DNA of 64,000 bases, taken from Laetmonice hystrix (taxonomy: Eukaryota). Where the stretch lies: the NCBI GenBank assembly GCA_965235115.1, contig OZ249436.1, positions 5,892,001 to 5,956,000 on the forward strand, given 5' to 3'. Below are positions 1 to 11,424 of the stretch, in pieces (within the stretch, counting starts at the first letter, position 1; each line of letters starts with the position of its first letter). The translations under genes were made by a program, and so were the position numbers. A model generated the notes under the pieces. The model was given only the letters and a program-made list of their open reading frames with translations, ran no database searches and had not been told where the DNA came from.

Positions 1-78
1 CAACAGTAATGGTCAAGTAATGACAGTTTTCATGGAATGAGGTACATACAACTTTCCTGGAATGAGCGTAGGTATCTT

Positions 79-1452
79 CTCATACCCTCCACTACATCTA
101 ACACATTGACTGAAGGATCTCATTATCTCATACCCACCACTCCATCTAACACATTGACTGCAGGATCTCATTATCTCATACCCACCACTCCATCTAACAC
201 ATTGACTGAAGGATCTCATTGTCTCATACCCTCCACTCCATCTAACACATTGACTGAAGGATCTCATTGTCTCATACCCTCCACTCCATCTAACACATTG
301 ACTGAAGGATCTCATTGTCTCATACCCTCCACTACATCTAACACATTGACTGAAGGATCTCATTGTCTCATACCCTCCACTCCATCTAACACATTGACTG
401 AAGGATCTCATTGTCTCATACCCTCCACTCCATCTAACACATTGACTGAAGGGTCTCATTGTCTCATACCCTCCACTCCATCTAACACATTGACTGCAGG
501 ATCTCATTGTCTCATACCCTCCACTCCATCTAACACATTGACTGAAGGATCTCATTGTTCATACCCTCCACTCCATCTAACACATTGACTGAAGGATCTC
601 ATTGTTCATACCCTCCACTCCATCTAACACATTGACTGAAGGATCTCATTGTCTCATACCCACCACTCCATCTAACACATTGACTGAAGGATCTCATTGT
701 CTCATACCCTCCACTCCATCTAACACATTGAAGGATCTCATTGTCTCATACCCTCCACTCCATCTAACACATTGACTGAAGGATCTCATTGTCTCATACC
801 CTCCACTCCATCTAACACATTGACTGAAGGATCTCATTGTCTCATACCCTCCACTCCATCTAACACATTGACTGAAGGATCTTATTGTCTCATACCCTCC
901 ACTCCATCTAACACATTGACTGAAGGATCTCATTGTCTCATACCCTCCACTCCATCTAACACATTGACTGAAGGATCTCATTGTTCATACCCTCCACTCC
1001 ATCTAACACATTGACTGAAGGATCTCATTGTCTCATACCCTCCACTCCATCTAACACATTGACTGCAGGATCTCATTGTCTCATACCCACCACTCCATCT
1101 AACACATTGGCTGAAGGATCTCATTGTTCATACCCTCCACTCCATCTAACACATTGACTGAAGGATCTCATTGTTCATACCCTCCACTCCATCTAACACA
1201 TTGACTGACGGATCTCATTGTCTCATACCCTCCACTCCATCTAACACATTGACTGAAGGATCTCATTGTCTCATACCCTCCACTCCATCTAACACATTGA
1301 CTGAAGGATCTCATTGTCCCATACCCTCCACTCCATCTAACACATTGACTGAAGGATCTCATTGCCTCATACCCTCCACTACATCGAACACATTGAAGGA
1401 TCTCATTGTCTCATACCCTCCACTCCATTTAACACATTGAAGGATCTCATTG
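79..1452. repeat. 48-bp minisatellite, ~29 copies
   Basis: Unit CTCATACCCTCCACTCCATCTAACACATTGACTGAAGGATCTCATTGT repeated head-to-tail, with a few 2-4 bp deletion variants. Explains the periodic 16-aa ORFs at 13-1440. Confidence 0.97.
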
Positions 1453-2157
1453 CAGTCGAGTAGAACAGAGATTATGTATGTATCTGGCTGAGGGCTTTCT
1501 CTTTGGGATGCCTTTCCAATAACTACAATGAAGAAGATAGTCTCGGCGTAAGTCTTGGAAAACCAACAATTAAAGCGGGTTCGCAACCACTAGTAACATC
1601 CAAGAGTAATTGTGAAATATTTAAATTAGAATTAAACGCCATGTATGTGTGTTATCTGGAAGGACCTTCTTCAGGATTTACTAAGTTTCTCCCACGTGGC
1701 CAGAAGAACATGATGCAATCACCTCGATATCTGTTTGGTTAATTCGTGTTCGTTGGGTTAAATCCCACTCCATTTCAACAGGCAATTTATTCTTAATGCC
1801 CTGGATGGACCACTGAAGTATTGCTTTTGTTTGACCTGATCCCTTAATACTTCCAATGGCGCCCAGAGGGGCATTCTTGAGGTCTAAGGAAGTCCCAATG
1901 CCAAGTATGAGGTAATCTCAACAAGTCGCAGATTCCTGCCACGTCGTGACCGATACTAGTCACGAGAAGAGCAACAAAAATCATGCAAAACTTGCTTCGC
2001 AATCAGAGGCCACAGCCAGAGGATAAAATGAAAGATATTATTAACACTTTGGAACTCGACAGCTGTGGCGGAGTCGTGTAATTGTTTAGGGGTAGCCTAC
2101 ATTAGGGTTATATCATTGATAGTGAAGGTATCACCCATCAATAAAGTTTAGTTTTAA

Positions 2158-2687
2158 AGGGGCAGGCTATGAAACACGTTTTTTAAGATTTCCGGCAATT
2201 ATCCAACATGACCGTGTACTAGGGATCCAAGTAAATAATCCTACCACAGCATTTTGTCCTCCGACGTATTTTCGCTGCGTATGCAGCACAAGTAGATTCT
2301 ATACGACCAAACCTATAGATTTCTCCCGATAGCACATCTCCCGCCATAATTTGCTATAGACAACCTCCCATCAACCCGTGTAATTGCATACTGTGTCACA
2401 TCCTGCGTGTGCACTCTCTGCATGTGATTAGTCACGTGCTTCGCTTAGTTGTAAACAATTCAGCAGTTGCACTCGATCGTCCGGCATCAGAATGCCACCC
2501 AAAAAATATTTTACGAAATCGGCAGAAAAGCGGGCAAGGGAGCTTCATAAACTTCGATTTCTCACACAAAATGAAACTGATAAGTCTGTCTTTGTTTAAC
2601 AAGCAATATTAATAAAGGATCTCTTGATGAAAACAGCAAAAGTTCTTTGAAATACCGATTTTTCACGTTTCCTCATAATATGCCCCT
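2158..2687. mobile_element. Non-autonomous DNA transposon (MITE), Kolobok-like, 530 bp
   Basis: TTAA on both sides (2154-2157 and 2688-2691). Imperfect terminal inverted repeats: left AGGGGCAGGCTATGAAACACGT, right (reverse complement) AGGGGCATATTATGAGGAAACGT. AG...CT termini with a TTAA TSD are characteristic of Kolobok. No ORF. Confidence 0.7.
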
Positions 2688-2913
2688 TTAATGGTTTCAT
2701 TTCGCTACAAGTGCCTTAAGGAAAATGTACTCAGTATTCTTGGCATTTATATTTTGTAAGTCGGAAAAACGAAGCGAAAGTTGCCAATCTCATCTGCGAT
2801 TGTCTGCAGGGTCTTTGACCATGCCAAAAACAAGTAGTTTTGGTGGGAGGCTTTCGTCACCCTGATTGTGGAGCAGGAACATGGTATCAGAGGCAGGATG
2901 TATGATTCCCTAA

Positions 2914-4181
2914 AGCCCCAGTCCCACCAAAGCCGATTGTACGACGTTCTATGCCGTTCTATCAAGATCTGAGATTTAGTTTACGTCGTGATGAATCGTG
3001 ATGAAATTATGAAAACCCGAAGACCTAGCTACGAATCTATCATGTTCTATCCCGACATCGGCCCGACCTTCCCGACAGCGCAACGACTAAAGCAACGTTC
3101 ACTGCCGACCTATGCAGATTGAGCTTCGACCTCTCAAGATCCCGGCCCGATGTATGGCGACCTATACCAAGATTGACAAACGATGTAGCAACGTTCTATG
3201 CCGTGCCCCAGCCGAGCTACGACCTGTCCCGATGACATCTGGTCTAGATCAGGGCTAAAGCCCCAGTCCCACGAAAGCCGAATTAGCTACGACGTGTCAC
3301 GATCTGATAAATCGTGTAGAATCGGGAAAGGTCCTAACTCGGTCGTACAGTAGTCTTGATAGATCCCCATAGGTCGGGATAGGCCACGATTGCACCCCGA
3401 CAATTTTAAACTGTTCAAAACAATCGGCACTGGTCGGGAAAAAGCTCAAATCGGGAATATACCGTAGGTCAAACGTTGCTCAGTCGGGAATAGTCGGGGG
3501 ACAATCGGGATAGTTCGTTGTTCAGTCCTGGTTGATCGTAGGACAATCGCCAGACATTTCCTAGATCTAGCCCTGACGTCATCGGGACAGGTCGTCGCTC
3601 GGCCGGGGCTCAGACGGCATAGAACGTTGCTACATCGTTGGTCAAACATCGGGTCGGGTTCTTGATAGGACGTAGCTCAATCTGCATAGGTCGGCAGAGA
3701 ACGTTTCCTGGTCGGGAAGGTCGGGGGGATGTCGAGATAGAACATGATAGCACGCATCGTGATCGTTGAGAGATCTTTGGAAAACCGTTGCCCAGTCGCC
3801 GTTGAACGTGGCAATTCGTAGCTAGGTCTTCGGGTTGTCATTATTTCATCACGATTCATCACGACTTAAAATAAATTTTAGATCTTGATAGAACGGCATG
3901 GAACGTAGTACAATCGGCTTTGGTGGGACTTTTTTTGGCAATTTTCCTACGATAAACCAGGACTGAACAACGAACTATCCCGATTATTCCCCGACTATAA
4001 TTCCCGACTGAGCAACGTTTGACCTACGATATAGCCCCGATCTTGAACAGTTCACAATTGTCGCGACCTATGAGGATCTATCAAGACTACTCTACGACCG
4101 AGTTAGGACGTTTCCCGATTCTACACGATTTATCAGATCGTGACACGTCGTAGCTAATTCGGCTTTGGTGGGACTGGGGCT
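2914..4181. mobile_element. PIF/Harbinger-like MITE (outer copy), interrupted at ~3256-3935 by a second copy
   Basis: TIR AGCCCCAGTCCCACCAAAGCCGA at 2914 and its exact reverse complement ending at 4181. TAA on both sides (2911-2913, 4182-4184) fits a 3-bp TWA TSD. No coding capacity. Confidence 0.85.
3259..3930. mobile_element. Second copy of the same Harbinger-like MITE, nested in inverted orientation
   Basis: Starts TAA|AGCCCCAGTCCCACGAAAGCCGAATTAGC at 3259 and ends ...ATCGGCTTTGGTGGGACT at 3930, lacking the last 6 nt of the TIR. 3259-~3550 is the reverse complement of ~3936-4181, and ~3560-3930 is the reverse complement of 2914-3255. Confidence 0.8.
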
Positions 4182-5116
4182 TAAAAGATGCACCCGGTTT
4201 GACGTTAACACCACACGGAAAGGGACATAGTGATATGTGAGACCGGGGATAGGATGTCTCCATTTGGAGATTCCGAAAAGAATCCTACCCGCGGCTAATA
4301 TTGACACCTAGAGTTTTATAGATTATGTCGTAAGTCAGAACATATTTAAATTGGTGGGGATATATTATATACATCGATAGGTAAAACTTTTGAAGGTTGC
4401 AATAACATCATTACGTTATCATTTATGTGGCTATGGACAAGATATTTTTTTTTGGTCTTTAGAGCTGTGCTGTTTTTGAGAAGGTTGAGCATAAGTTGTA
4501 CAGAAAGAATGCCATAAATGAGGCAAAGCCACAGTACATAAAACATACCCAAGAATGATAAATGACTCCCAGTATGATTCAAATGACAAATTATATGACA
4601 ACCTTCTGAATAGAAGATTCCATAACTGTGCTATGTCCAAGATGAATGGCATGCCAAATGTATGAGAGGCAATTCATGACTCTTGACACGTGATGGGTCC
4701 GAAAGGGAATAAAAGGTACTTACACCCAAAGAAGTATAGAATACCTAGGATAGTTGCAAGTGATATACCCGGTGCCAACTATGGTCCTGTAAACTGTCGT
4801 GTTTAGGTTGGCGTCATTTTGGAATTGTTGGGTTGAAACATTCTTCTCCATCATACGATGGGAACATTGAAAACGACAACACTTTGTAATGCCCCCAGTA
4901 GTGCTGTAGTCTAAGGGGGCTTTTAGTATAGCAGACTAGTATAGAGGCCTTTTAGTAAAGCAGTAGATTTTTAGCACGATTGGTATAATGACTTCTCCGG
5001 CATTTGTAAGGAATAAGTTCACGAATGCCCTCGAAGGCACGAGATAGCTACCACGCCATGTTAACGATAATCTTATCACAGATATATCTGCTCGGGTCAG
5101 CGGCTACGGTCATTTT

Positions 5117-6792
5117 GTCCAGTCTCCCCACAACACAACACAACACAACCATGTGTAGACAGTCCAGTCTCAACACAACACAACACAACCATGTGTAGAC
5201 AGTCCAGTCTCCCCACAACACAACACAACCATGTGTAGACAGTCCAGTCTCCCCACAACACAACACAACCATGTGTAGACAGTCCAGTCTCCCCACAACA
5301 CAACACAGCCATGTGTAGACAGTCCAGTCTCCCCACAACACAACACAGCCATGTGTAGACAGTCCAGTCTCCCCACAACACAACACAACCATGTGTAGAC
5401 AGTCCAGTCTCCCCACAACACAACACAACCATGTGTAGACAGTCCAGTCTCCCCACAACACAACACAACCATGTGTAGACAGTCCAGTCTCCCCACAACA
5501 CAACACAACCATGTGTAGACAGTCCAGTCTCAACACAACACAACACAACCATGTGTAGACAGTCCAGTCCCCCCACAACACAACACAACCATGTGTAGAC
5601 AGTCCAGTCTCAACACAACACAACACAACCATGTGTAGACAGTCCAGTCTCCCCACAACACAACACAACCATGTGTAGACAGTCCAGTCTCCCCACAACA
5701 CAACACAACCATGTGTAGACAGTCCAGTCTCCCCACAACACAACACAACCATGTGTAGACAGTCCAGTCTCCCCACAACACAACACAACCATGTGTAGAC
5801 AGTCCAGTCTCCCCACAACACAACACAACCATGTGTAGACAGTCCAGTCTCGCCACAACACAACACACCCATGTGTAGACAGTCCAGTCTCAACACAACA
5901 CAACACAACCATGTGTAGACAGTCCAGTCTCCCCACAACACAACACAACCATGTGTAGACAGTCCAGTCTCCCCACAACACAACACAACCATGTGTAGAC
6001 AGTCCAGTCTCCCCACAACACAACACAGCCATGTGTAGACAGTCCAGTCTCCCCACAACACAACACAACCATGTGTAGACAGTCCAGTCTCAACACAACA
6101 CAACACAACCATGTGTAGACAGTCCAGTCTCAACACAACACAACACAACCATGTGTAGACAGTCCAGTCTCCCCACAACACAACACAACCATGTGTAAAC
6201 AGTCCAGTCTCAACACAACACAACACAACCATGTGTAGACAGTCCAGTCTCCCCACAACACAACACAGCCATGTGTAGACAGTCCAGTCTCCCCACAACA
6301 CAACACAACCATGTGTAGACAGCCCAGTCTCAACACAACACAACACAACCATGTGTAGACAGTCCAGTCTCAACACAACACAACACAACCATGTGTAGAC
6401 AGTCCAGTCTCCCCACAACACAACACAACCATGTGTAGACAGTCCATTCTCCCCACAACACAACACAGCCATGTGTAGACAGTCCAGTCTCCCCACAACA
6501 CAACACAGCCATGTGTAGACAGTCCAGTCTCCCCACAACACAACACAACCATGTGTAGACAGCCCAGTCTCAACACAACACAACACAACCATGTGTAGAC
6601 AGTCCAGTCTCCCCACAACACAACACAACCATGTGTAGACAGTCCATTCTCCCCACAACACAACACAACCATGTGTAGACAGTCCAGTCTCAACACAGCC
6701 ATGTGTAGACAGTCCAGTCTCCCCACAACACAACACAACCATGTGTAGACAGTCCAGTCTCCCCACAACACAACACAACCATGTGTAGACAG
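5117..6792. repeat. 40-bp minisatellite, ~42 copies
   Basis: Unit AGTCCAGTCTCCCCACAACACAACACAACCATGTGTAGAC, with an internal (ACAAC)n sub-repeat and interspersed CCCC/CAAC variants. Source of the 600-aa minus-strand pseudo-ORF. Confidence 0.98.
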
Positions 6793-6830
6793 ATTGGGAC
6801 AGGAAAGTCCGGGAGGAGGCGCAGATAGTT

Positions 6831-6870
6831 CCCGTTGGGAGCTCACCCAAGGGGCGTCACATCCTGCTAG
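6831..6870 (+). mobile_element. Candidate Helitron 3' terminus (hairpin + CTAG)
   Basis: Stem-loop CCCGTTGGG-AGCTCA-CCCAAGGGG (6831-6854, 8/9 pairs), a 12-nt spacer, CTAG (6867-6870), then T. The 5' end is not established. Confidence 0.35.
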
Positions 6871-8172
6871 TGATTTACGACTACCAGCAACCATTAGAAC
6901 CAACATTAGACGTTATCTTATATGGTTTATGTAATTCTTTTTTGTGGTCCAAGTGATTGTATCATAATTAGCAGACAGTGATGCATGGACCGCCATGGAT
7001 GATGAAGCCAGCCACTGATATATAGGTTAATTATTACATGCCGGAGCCATCTCGATTTTTCTTTCCAATCGCTGTCTTGCCCTTTCGGTTCGGGTGCCTC
7101 TACCTTGAGGCGACGACAGCGCCACACGGCGGGGAAGAAGAGTGTTACACACGTGGTCGCGTCACGTCGCAGCTATGACACCATGCCGTAAGTACAAACG
7201 CAGCTCAGGCAGCACTGTAATTGAAACGGAAGCGAACTGTTGACAAATGTCGCTTGTTACAACAATGATATAGGCGGTGTCGTCCATCTGCTTGGCGTCG
7301 GTACATACATCATGTAATGGACAATATGTTGGCAGAAAGAGAAATATATACTTTAGATACTGTTGACAAGGTTGAAATGCTGAAATTGATTGGCACACAT
7401 CGTGGCACGAGTAGATGACAATATAATTACCTGATTGATGTTAATGTAACTGGCAAGGCTCTTGGCCCCAAAGAATAATTTATACACTTATTTTTATGTT
7501 GATCATGTAACCATATTTATTATAACTCCGTCTATATTCATACCAAGGATTGTTCAAGTGACAAAAGAGAAAGAGGAACTTACTTAAAAAGGAAATCTAC
7601 ATCTAAGTATACGTGCTTGCATTTGTATACATTGTACTTATATTCTGAGTCTGTCAAATGAACCCCTACCCCGTTTTACTTACCAGCATGTCGAAGTACT
7701 CAGGTCATTGACGTCAAATCTAAACTATTGTGTTGGCTGTTTGATTTTCCACACACACAGCTCACTGTTATACTGACAGTGAGTGGAGATCTATGACATG
7801 ACCATTCATACAGAAGAAACCTTTGGTGATTTTTTACCAGATAATCAAACAATGTGGTTGAGTGGGCCTGCTGTTCTGTGACGTACGTCACTAGGCAGCT
7901 GTCGGCATGGATTCATTAACGTGTCACAGTTTCCTCATAAATGCAGTGGCAACATGAGTTAGATTGTTCAGGCTGGCAGGACCCGTATTTATGGGAGCAT
8001 GGCAAACCGTTTCTCATATATAACGATTATGACATCTGGCCCACAGACAGTTCTCGTGATCAAACTCGCTGCAACCATTCAGCCCAAGTACCCAGTCTAA
8101 GATGGAGTTATATCATACAAGCTGAAGAAATGGGAACAATGAAACCTACAATAATGATCCCGTAAATAAAGC

Positions 8173-8221
8173 TAATATAACATAATATAATATAATATAA
8201 TATAATATAATATAATATAAT
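8173..8221. repeat. (AATAT)n microsatellite
   Basis: About 10 TAATA units with one interruption. Confidence 0.92.
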
Positions 8222-8379
8222 GAATGCCTCCTTTTTTATTTCCTAACCAAGCAATTATATTGTCTTATTCTCTTATAGGTTAAAGTATAGAGTCTCTGAT
8301 ATTACGCGCTGTACCAATCGATTTCTTGAGTAGGCAACCTGCTTAGTGTGAAGATTAAGTCAAAGAAAAGCTCTTTAAT

Positions 8380-8830
8380 TTTTATTTAAAGATTTTCTAT
8401 TTTCATAGAAAATTGTATGACAATAACCGTGCTGGAGGAATTGCTCTCGCTTTGAATGAGACGAAATCGTTGTTCGTTGTTTTTCTTGTATTAATGACGT
8501 AATACTCAGTTCTTTCAGGATAGGCTGAACCAGATTGCATCCAAATGAAGTAGAAGTATGTTTTCCCAGAATAAAACGGTCTGTGTCCATGGAGCACAGT
8601 CTGAAAGTTTTACTTCTGGTTATAGCTCCTCAGATCTTGTGTCATGGAGGAACGCCATAGTGGGCAGAATGTTTGTGAGGCCCAGCGGGGTAAGGAATTG
8701 ATTGATTGTAACATTATGTTGTAGTTTATGAGGATACGACCTGACTGGATAAAGAGTTCTTCTTTGCCGAGCGAGTGACGATTTTATTTGTATACCCTTG
8801 AAGGAAGAACGAGAATTGCACAAGATTCTG
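8380..8830 (-). mobile_element. Possible highly decayed 3' end of a non-LTR retrotransposon (LINE)
   Basis: Minus-strand fragments RRTLYPVRSYPHKLQ and FRLCSMD...FGC loosely resemble the R-x-S-x-H-x-L and Cys/His motifs at LINE ORF2 C-termini, followed by AATAAA. The region is frameshifted and the resemblance is by eye only. Confidence 0.2.
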
Positions 8831-9694
8831 TGTCTTGAGGTTAGTGTTTAGAGCGGTATGATTCCCTTGTGCCATCGGATTACATTCAATACGTCAGCTA
8901 GACAAATAAAAACTAGCACTCTGAAACCAAATGCTTGTCGCTGTGCAACCACACTGATTATATGATGTCGGTCATAGACATTCTCATAGAACCGAAACAT
9001 CTCGTATAATCTTACCCTGCTTTAAAATTCAAATAAACTATTGATTAAACCATTTTCCTTGTTTTTACTGCCAAGTCATGTGCCTGCCATGCAGATTGCA
9101 TTTGAATTATGACTGGACTTAATAGAAAAACTGTTAATGCACAAACAGTTAAGCTGGCTGCGCAGCACTATTAATAAGCAGTGTGTGCATATTAAGTTAA
9201 TTAATTAGATTGGAAATAAACACCAACCTGAAATTTGCCTCTCAAAGCACGGTGCGTTCATCAATATGAACAAACGGGTAATGGTTTATGAACGCCATTT
9301 ACGTGAACATCAAAGCACGTCACAGTCATGACTCGGGTGACACAGATGGATCGTTTCTGTTTCTTTTCTTCCGTTCTCAGTCGTTAAACCACTGTCGCTG
9401 TCACAGGAACCACTGACAAACTGCTCTCAGAATTCTGAGCAGATTACTCAGTTTATTGTGTGAGGGAGATACAGATGTATCATCAGTATGTTTTTTAATC
9501 TGTCATTAGATGAAATACCCAGGTACCGCGTTATTTGGGTTTCATTTTCTGGGAGCTGGTAATTTTTACATAAATCATGGTTTAATTCCTTCCTGCAGCT
9601 GGAGGCACAGTGTGGTACAAAGCTGACCTCATTCAGTCACATACATGGCCAAGGTATTTCCTGTTCACCCATCGCTTTCTTCAAACCCGAAAGC

Positions 9695-9803
9695 TAATGT
9701 GAATCCCACGGTACCATAATGTGAATCCCACGGTACCATAATGTGAATCCCACGGTACCATAATGTCAATCCCACGGTACCATAATGTCAATCCCACGGA
9801 ACC
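9695..9803. repeat. 22-bp tandem repeat, ~5 copies
   Basis: Unit TAATGT(G/C)AATCCCACGGTACCA. Confidence 0.95.
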
Positions 9804-11092
9804 CGCATAATAACGAATCACTAACGGTATTCAGGATTACATCTTGTAATGTCATAATTTAAGGTAAAAGTATTGAATATTTCCATGGTCTTGGAAATGT
9901 TCTTCAAACTTTGACAAGGACCTTGATATGTTTTTCAGTCTTAACCTGGCCTTGATCTTGTGACATGAAGGTGATATGTTGTCCCAGTTCACCCTGTGAC
10001 TGAAATCCCAAACAGGGAGCAGCAACAGATTGGTGGAGAACCCGGGTATCTGACAAACCAAGAAACAACTAATCTATCGGATTTTTGAATGTATTTTTGA
10101 ATGTACGGGACCAATAAAGCAAGTATCAAGTTGCCATGCCATGAAATGGCCTTACGTCCTGTTTAAAAAAGCCCCCCGTCCATCGGTATTAAAAGTGCGT
10201 GTTTAGTAACATCAACTTGATACAGTTATAGTGCTTTGTTGGACGGTGTTGACAAGATATGATAATTGGTCTAAACAAGATTTTTAGTATGATGCACATA
10301 CTGAATAGGAACATCCCTGGTACTGTTAATGTTACTATAACTCTAGAGACAGACATATTCCTTCATGTATGTTAACACATTTACATGTATGACAGTTCTA
10401 ATATCTCTCAAGAGACATTTGATATATATCTGCCGGTGCGCATTGCTGTTAGGTTTGTCAAAAACAGCTATATAGTTCAGAATATAAATGTATAGATACG
10501 CATTTTTATTTGTAAATTCCTAAAACTAGAATAAGGTGTAAAACATAAAGCCACCAATCACCAGCACCACTCGGAGGTACCATATAGTATTATTTAGTGG
10601 CATGAGGGATCTGGTACGGATTTACACTACGTTTTATATTGGTGCTGATGCCACGCCATTCGTGTATTATGGTAGGATTGTGTGATTACGTTGTTAGGCG
10701 GGGTTTTTTTTACTTTTTTTGGGGGGGGGGGGGCTAATATTGTTTGCTTCCATTAGGCAGGTAATAGCACTTATACCAGACAGGTATAAGTTACACTTAT
10801 CAAAGTTGTAGATATAGCGATACACCTAGCACTTACGCAATAAAGAATGAATCCTCGTTTGACCTTTCCAGTATGGGATCGACAGAAGACCAAAATGTCC
10901 TCTTCATTGTCCAAGTAATTCGCAGTCGTTCATAACCCTAAAATATGCCCCATAAAGAAATAATTTGAATTAGTTTATTCTTTAAGTGACCTTAAACCCG
11001 TATAAAATAAAAAAAGACAAAGACTTTTGTTTTGGCCTCGTCTCACCAACAAAGACAAAGAATAGGAGTTATTCGTTGGTTTTATATCTCAC

Positions 11093-11424
11093 TCTGTCGG
11101 TTTGTGTAAACGTGGCTGTAGATTGACTGGGTTAGTGACAGAAAGTATCTGTCGGTTTGTGTAAACGTGGCTGTAGATTGACTGGGTTAGTGACAGAAAG
11201 TATCTGTCGGTTTGTGTAAACGTGGCTGTATATTGACAGGGTTAGTGACAGAAAGTATCTGTCGGTTTGTGTAAACGTGGCTGTATATTGACAGGGTTAG
11301 TGACAGAAAGTATCTGTCGGTTTGTGTAAACGTGGCTGTATATTGACTGAGTTAGTGACAGAAAGTATCTGTCGGTTTGTGTAAACGTGGCTGTATATTG
11401 ACTGAGTTAGTGACAGAAAGTATC
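11093..11424. repeat. 55-bp minisatellite, 6 copies
   Basis: Unit TCTGTCGGTTTGTGTAAACGTGGCTGTA(G/T)ATTGAC(TG/AG/TGA)..GTTAGTGACAGAAAGTA. Variants occur as three adjacent pairs (AA BB CC). Confidence 0.96.

Noticed and set aside
4445..4665. Acceptor-like T-run + TAG followed by coding-looking sequence
   Set aside because: All three frames hit stops within about 35 codons, no donor site is evident and no homology is recognisable.
5048..6850. 600-aa Cys/Val-rich ORF on the minus strand
   Set aside because: It is the 40-bp repeat read through all three phases. The unit is not a multiple of 3 and there is no domain similarity.
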